From contig OZ059898.1 in NCBI GenBank assembly GCA_964057225.1, positions 124,001-188,000 of the forward strand: a DNA stretch of 64,000 nucleotides, read 5' to 3'. Source of the stretch: Auanema rhodensis. Lineage: Eukaryota > Animalia > Nematoda. Shown piece after piece: positions 57,301 through 64,000 of this stretch. The position numbers were made by a program, and so were the translations under genes. A model generated the notes under the pieces. That model saw nothing but the letters and a program-made list of their open reading frames with translations. It was not told the DNA's origin and made no database searches. How positions within the stretch are numbered: position 1 is the first letter of the stretch; each line of letters begins with the position of its first letter.

Positions 57301-60300
57301 TCTCTTTATCTTTCACGTGAAGCGAGTTACATACCAAGTGCACATCACGTGTACATTTAATTAGCATAAATTAAAAATCACGTAAATTTCAAAGTCATGG
57401 TTACCATGCACCAATATCAATAAAAATTTGTTTTTAGACTAATATGGACATGGGGAATCTAATTTTGAAAACCGCATCTCTTTATCTTTCACGTGAAGCG
57501 AGTTACATACCAAGTGCACATCACGTGTACATTTAATTAGCATAAATTAAAGTTCACGTAAATTTCAAAGTCATGGTTACCATGAACCAATATCAATAAA
57601 AATTTGTTTTTAGACTAATATGGACATGGGGAATCTAATTTTGAAAACCGCATCTCTTTATCTTTCACGTGAAGCGAGTTACATACCAAGTGCACATCAC
57701 GTGTACATTTAATTAGCATAAATTAAAAATCACGTAAATTTCAAAGTCATGGTTACCATGCACCAATATCAATAAAAATTTGTTTTTAGACTAATATGGA
57801 CATGGGGAATCTAATTTTGAAAACCGCATCTCTTTATCTTTCACGTGAAGCGAGTTACATACCAAGTGCACATCACGTGTACATTTAATTAGCATAAATT
57901 AAAGTTCACGTAAATTTCAAAGTCATGGTTACCATGAACCAATATTAATAAAAATTTGTTTTTAGACTAATATGGACATGGGGAATCTAATTTTGAAAAC
58001 CGCATCTCTTTATCTTTCACGTGAAGCGAGTTACATACCAAGTGCACATCACGTGTACATTTAATTAGCATAAATTAAAAATCACGTAAATTTCAAAGTC
58101 ATGGTTACCATGCACCAATATCAATAAAAATTTGTTTTTAGACTAATATGGACATGGGGAATCTAATTTTGAAAACCGCATCTCTTTATCTTTCACGTGA
58201 AGCGAGTTACATACCAAGTGCACATCACGTGTACATTTAATTAGCATAAATTAAAGTTCACGTAAATTTCAAAGTCATGGTTACCATGAACCAATATCAA
58301 TAAAAATTTGTTTTTAGACTAATATGGACATGGGGAATCTAATTTTGAAAACCGCATCTCTTTATCTTTCACGTGAAGCGAGTTACATACCAAGTGCACA
58401 TCACGTGTACATTTAATTAGCATAAATTAAAGTTCACGTAAATTTCAAAGTCATGGTTACCATGAACCAATATCAATAAAAATTTGTTTTTAGACTAATA
58501 TGGACATGGGGAATCTAATTTTGAAAACCGCATCTCTTTATCTTTCACGTGAAGCGAGTTACATACCAAGTGCACATCACGTGTACATTTAATTAGCATA
58601 AATTAAAAATCACGTAAATTTCAAAGTCATGGTTACCATGCACCAATATCAATAAAAATTTGTTTTTAGACTAATATGGACATGGGGAATCTAATTTTGA
58701 AAACCGCATCTCTTTATCTTTCACGTGAAGCGAGTTACATACCAAGTGCACATCACGTGTACATTTAATTAGCATAAATTAAAGTTCACGTAAATTTCAA
58801 AGTCATGGTTACCATGAACCAATATTAATAAAAATTTGTTTTTAGACTAATATGGACATGGGGAATCTAATTTTGAAAACCGCATCTCTTTATCTTTCAC
58901 GTGAAGCGAGTTACATACCAAGTGCACATCACGTGTACATTTAATTAGCATAAATTAAAAATCACGTAAATTTCAAAGTCATGGTTACCATGCACCAATA
59001 TCAATAAAAATTTGTTTTTAGACTAATATGGACATGGGGAATCTAATTTTGAAAACCGCATCTCTTTATCTTTCACGTGAAGCGAGTTACATACCAAGTG
59101 CACATCACGTGTACATTTAATTAGCATAAATTAAAGTTCACGTAAATTTCAAAGTCATGGTTACCATGAACCAATATCAATAAAAATTTGTTTTTAGACT
59201 AATATGGACATGGGGAATCTAATTTTGAAAACCGCATCTCTTTATCTTTCACGTGAAGCGAGTTACATACCAAGTGCACATCACGTGTACATTTAATTAG
59301 CATAAATTAAAGTTCAAGTAAATTTCAAAGTCATGGTTACCATGCACCAATATCAATAAAAATTTGTTTTTAGACTAATATGGACATGGGGAATCTAATT
59401 TTGAAAACCGCATCTCTTTATCTTTCACGTGAAGCGAGTTACATACCAAGTGCACATCACGTGTACATTTAATTAGCATAAATTAAAGTTCACGTAAATT
59501 TCAAAGTCATGGTTACCATGCACCAATATCAATAAAAATTTGTTTTTAGACTAATATGGACATGGGGAATCTAATTTTGAGAACCGCATCTCTTCATCTT
59601 TCACGTGAAGCGAGTTACATACCAAGTGCACATCAAGTGTACATTTAATTAGCATAAATTAAAGTTCACGTAAATTTCAAAGTCATGGTTACCATGCACC
59701 AATATCAATAAAAATTTGTTTTTAGACTAATATGGACATGGGGAATCTAATTTTGAAAACCGCATCTCTTTATCTTTCACGTGAAGCGAGTTACATACCA
59801 AGTGCACATCACGTGTACATTTAATTAGCATAAATTAAAGTTCACGTAAATTTCAAAGTCATGGTTACCATGAAGCAATATCAATAAAAATTTGTTTTTA
59901 GACTAATATGGACATGGGGAATCTAATTTTGAAAACCGCATCTCTTTATCTTTCACGTGAAGCGAGTTACATACCAAGTGCACATCACGTGTACATTTAA
60001 TTAGCATAAATTAAAGTTCACGTAAATTTCAAAGTCATGGTTACCATGCACCAATATCAATAAAAATTTGTTTTTAGACTAATATGGACATGGGGAATCT
60101 AATTTTGAAAACCGCATCTCTTTATCTTTCACGTGAAGCGAGTTACATACCAAGTGCACATCACGTGTACATTTAATTAGCATAAATTAAAGTTCACGTA
60201 AATTTCAAAGTCATGGTTACCATGCACCAATATCAATAAAAATTTGTTTTTAGACTAATATGGACATGGGGAATCTAATTTTGAAAACCGCATCTCTTTA

Positions 60301-62478
60301 TCTTTCACGTGAAGCGAGTTACATACCAAGTGCACATCACGTGTACATTTAATTAGCATAAATTAAAGTTCACGTAAATTTCAAAGTCATGGTTACCATG
60401 AACCAATATCAATAAAAATTTGTTTTTAGACTAATATGGACATGGGGAATCTAATTTTGAAAACCGCATCTCTTTATCTTTCACGTGAAGCGAGTTACAT
60501 ACCAAGTGCACATCACGTGTACATTTAATTAGCATAAATTAAAAATCACGTAAATTTCAAAGTCATGGTTACCATGCACCAATATCAATAAAAATTTGTT
60601 TTTAGACTAATATGGACATGGGGAATCTAATTTTGAAAACCGCATCTCTTTATCTTTCACGTGAAGCGAGTTACATACCAAGTGCACATCACGTGTACAT
60701 TTAATTAGCATAAATTAAAGTTCACGTAAATTTCAAAGTCATGGTTACCATGAACCAATATCAATAAAAATTTGTTTTTAGACTAATATGGACATGGGGA
60801 ATCTAATTTTGAAAACCGCATCTCTTTATCTTTCACGTGAAGCGAGTTACATACCAAGTGCACATCACGTGTACATTTAATTAGCATAAATTAAAAATCA
60901 CGTAAATTTCAAAGTCATGGTTACCATGCACCAATATCAATAAAAATTTGTTTTTAGACTAATATGGACATGGGGAATCTAATTTTGAAAACCGCATCTC
61001 TTTATCTTTCACGTGAAGCGAGTTACATACCAAGTGCACATCACGTGTACATTTAATTAGCATAAATTAAAGTTCACGTAAATTTCAAAGTCATGGTTAC
61101 CATGAACCAATATTAATAAAAATTTGTTTTTAGACTAATATGGACATGGGGAATCTAATTTTGAAAACCGCATCTCTTTATCTTTCACGTGAAGCGAGTT
61201 ACATACCAAGTGCACATCACGTGTACATTTAATTAGCATAAATTAAAAATCACGTAAATTTCAAAGTCATGGTTACCATGCACCAATATCAATAAAAATT
61301 TGTTTTTAGACTAATATGGACATGGGGAATCTAATTTTGAAAACCGCATCTCTTTATCTTTCACGTGAAGCGAGTTACATACCAAGTGCACATCACGTGT
61401 ACATTTAATTAGCATAAATTAAAGTTCACGTAAATTTCAAAGTCATGGTTACCATGCACCAATATCAATAAAAATTTGTTTTTAGACTAATATGGACATG
61501 GGGAATCTAATTTTGAAAACCGCATCTCTTTATCTTTCACGTGAAGCGAGTTACATACCAAGTGCACATCAAGTGTACATTTAATTAGCATAAATTAAAG
61601 TTCACGTAAATTTCAAAGTCATGGTTACCATGAACCAATATCAACAAAAATTTGTTTTTAGACTAATATGGACATGGGGAATCTAATTTTGAAAACCGCA
61701 TCTCTTTATCTTTCACGTGAAGCGAGTTACATACCAAGTGCACATCACGTGTACATTTAATTAGCATAAATTAAAGTTCACGTAAATTTCAAAGTCATGG
61801 TTACCATGAACCAATATCAATAAAAATTTGTTTTTAGACTAATATGGACATGGGGAATCTAATTTTGAAAACCGCATCTCTTTATCTTTCACGTGAAGCG
61901 AGTTACATACCAAGTGCACATCACGTGTACATTTAATTAGCATAAATTAAAAATCACGTAAATTTCAAAGTCATGGTTACCATGCACCAATATCAATAAA
62001 AATTTGTTTTTAGACTAATATGGACATGGGGAATCTAATTTTGAAAACCGCATCTCTTTATCTTTCACGTGAAGCGAGTTACATACCAAGTGCACATCAC
62101 GTGTACATTTAATTAGCATAAATTAAAGTTCACGTAAATTTCAAAGTCATGGTTACCATGAACCAATATTAATAAAAATTTGTTTTTAGACTAATATGGA
62201 CATGGGGAATCTAATTTTGAAAACCGCATCTCTTTATCTTTCACGTGAAGCGAGTTACATACCAAGTGCACATCACGTGTACATTTAATTAGCATAAATT
62301 AAAAATCACGTAAATTTCAAAGTCATGGTTACCATGCACCAATATCAATAAAAATTTGTTTTTAGACTAATATGGACATGGGGAATCTAATTTTGAAAAC
62401 CGCATCTCTTTATCTTTCACGTGAAGCGAGTTACATACCAAGTGCACATCACGTGTACATTTAATTAGCATAAATTAA
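51391..62478. repeat. Domain with runs of a 352-bp dimer marked by GT2-3AA (AAATCACG), inside longer variable-length HORs
   Basis: AAATCACG monomers start at 51391, 51743, 52095; 53855, 54207; 55967, 56319; 57375, 57727, 58079; 58607, 58959; 60543, 60895, 61247; 61951, 62303. Confidence 0.88.
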
Positions 62479-62830
62479 AGTTCACGTAAATTTCAAAGTC
62501 ATGGTTACCATGCACCAATATCAATAAAAATTTGTTTTTAGACTAATATGGACATGGGGAATCTAATTTTGAAAACCGCATCTCTTTATCTTTCACGTGA
62601 AGCGAGTTACATACCAAGTGCACATCAAGTGTACATTTAATTAGCATAAATTAAAGTTCACGTAAATTTCAAAGTCATGGTTACCATGAACCAATATCAA
62701 CAAAAATTTGTTTTTAGACTAATATGGACATGGGGAATCTAATTTTGAAAACCGCATCTCTTTATCTTTCACGTGAAGCGAGTTACATACCAAGTGCACA
62801 TCACGTGTACATTTAATTAGCATAAATTAA
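61423..62830. repeat. Markers of a 6-mer (1056 bp) duplication
   Basis: T47C at 61645/62701 and C150A at 61572/62628. Full block boundaries are approximate. Confidence 0.8.
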
Positions 62831-64000
62831 AGTTCACGTAAATTTCAAAGTCATGGTTACCATGCACCAATATCAATAAAAATTTGTTTTTAGACTAATA
62901 TGGACATGGGGAATCTAATTTTGAAAACCGCATCTCTTTATCTTTCACGTGAAGCGAGTTACATACCAAGTGCACATGACGTGTACATTTAATTAGCATA
63001 AATTAAAGTTCACGTAAATTTCAAAGTCATGGTTACCATGCACCAATATCAATAAAAATTTGTTTTTAGACTAATATGGACATGGGGAATCTAATTTTGA
63101 GAACCGCATCTTTTCATCTTTCACGTGAAGCGAGTTACATACCAAGTGCACATCAAGTGTACATTTAATTAGCATAAATTAAAGTTCACGTAAATTTCAA
63201 AGTCATGGTTATCATGCACCAATATCAATAAAAATTTGTTTTTAGACTAATATGGACATGGGGAATCTAATTTTGAAAACCGCATCTCTTTATCTTTCAC
63301 GTGAAGCGAGTTACATACCAAGTGCACATCACGTGTACATTTAATTAGCATAAATTAAAGTTCACGTAAATTTCAAAGTCATGGTTACCATGCACCAATA
63401 TCAATAAAAATTTGTTTTTAGACTAATATGGACATGGGGAATCTAATTTTGAAAACCGCATCTCTTTATCTTTCACGTGAAGCGAGTTACATACCAAGTG
63501 CACATCACGTGTACATTTAATTAGCATAAATTAAAGTTCACGTAAATTTCAAAGTCATGGTTACCATGAAGCAATATCAATAAAAATTTGTTTTTAGACT
63601 AATATGGACATGGGGAATCTAATTTTGAAAACCGCATCTCTTTATCTTTCACGTGAAGCGAGTTACATACCAAGTGCACATCACGTGTACATTTAATTAG
63701 CATAAATTAAAGTTCACGTAAATTTCAAAGTCATGGTTACCATGCACCAATATCAATAAAAATTTGTTTTTAGACTAATATGGACATGGGGAATCTAATT
63801 TTGAAAACCGCATCTCTTTATCTTTCACGTGAAGCGAGTTACATACCAAGTGCACATCACGTGTACATTTAATTAGCATAAATTAAAGTTCACGTAAATT
63901 TCAAAGTCATGGTTACCATGAACCAATATCAATAAAAATTTGTTTTTAGACTAATATGGACATGGGGAATCTAATTTTGAAAACCGCGTCTCTTTATCTT

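Larger units (their letters stand above)
1..64000. repeat. Tandem satellite DNA array, 176-bp monomer, ~363.6 copies, probably centromeric/pericentromeric
   Basis: AGTTCACGTA recurs at 1, 177, 2641 (15x176), 5281 and on to 50161 (285x176) in exact phase. After a 2-bp deletion the phase resets to 51391+176k, with the last start at 63887. No unique sequence is present. The array is seen directly; the centromeric role is inference. Confidence 0.99.

Noticed and set aside
1-64000. Repeated ~34-aa micro-ORF (MLIKCTRD...PCPY*) in each monomer, or a giant repeat protein
   Set aside because: 176 is not a multiple of 3, stops are frequent, and there is no evidence of coding constraint or expression.
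1-64000. CRISPR array
   Set aside because: There are no unique spacers; the entire unit repeats, and no cas genes are present.

Overview
The whole window is one uninterrupted, head-to-tail, single-orientation satellite array with a 176-bp AT-rich monomer (~32% GC by hand count, 56/176). It holds 363 complete monomers plus a 114-bp partial. Consensus: AGTTCACGTAAATTTCAAAGTCATGGTTACCATG(A/C)A(C/G)CAATATCAATAAAAATTTGTTTTTAGACTAATATGGACATGGGGAATCTAATTTTGAAAACCGCATCTCTTTATCTTTCACGTGAAGCGAGTTACATACCAAGTGCACATCACGTGTACATTTAATTAGCATAAATTAA. Monomers differ from it by about 0-4 substitutions, and I found only one indel (2 bp, near 51347). Nucleosome-sized unit length, high homogeneity and the lack of insertions fit a eukaryotic centromeric or pericentromeric satellite; that assignment is inference, and I do not recognise the family or species. 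I found no genes, RNA genes, transposons or CRISPR arrays, and both ORFs are stop-loss by-products of the repeat. The information lies in (i) the monomer's palindromes and phased TCACGT/E-box motifs and (ii) diagnostic SNVs showing local higher-order repeats (HORs) with 2, 3, 5, 6, 8, 10, 14, 16 and 20-monomer offsets, a left-to-right turnover of variants, and haplotypes shared over 16-35 kb. SNV positions were read by eye; labels such as C75T give the position within the monomer.
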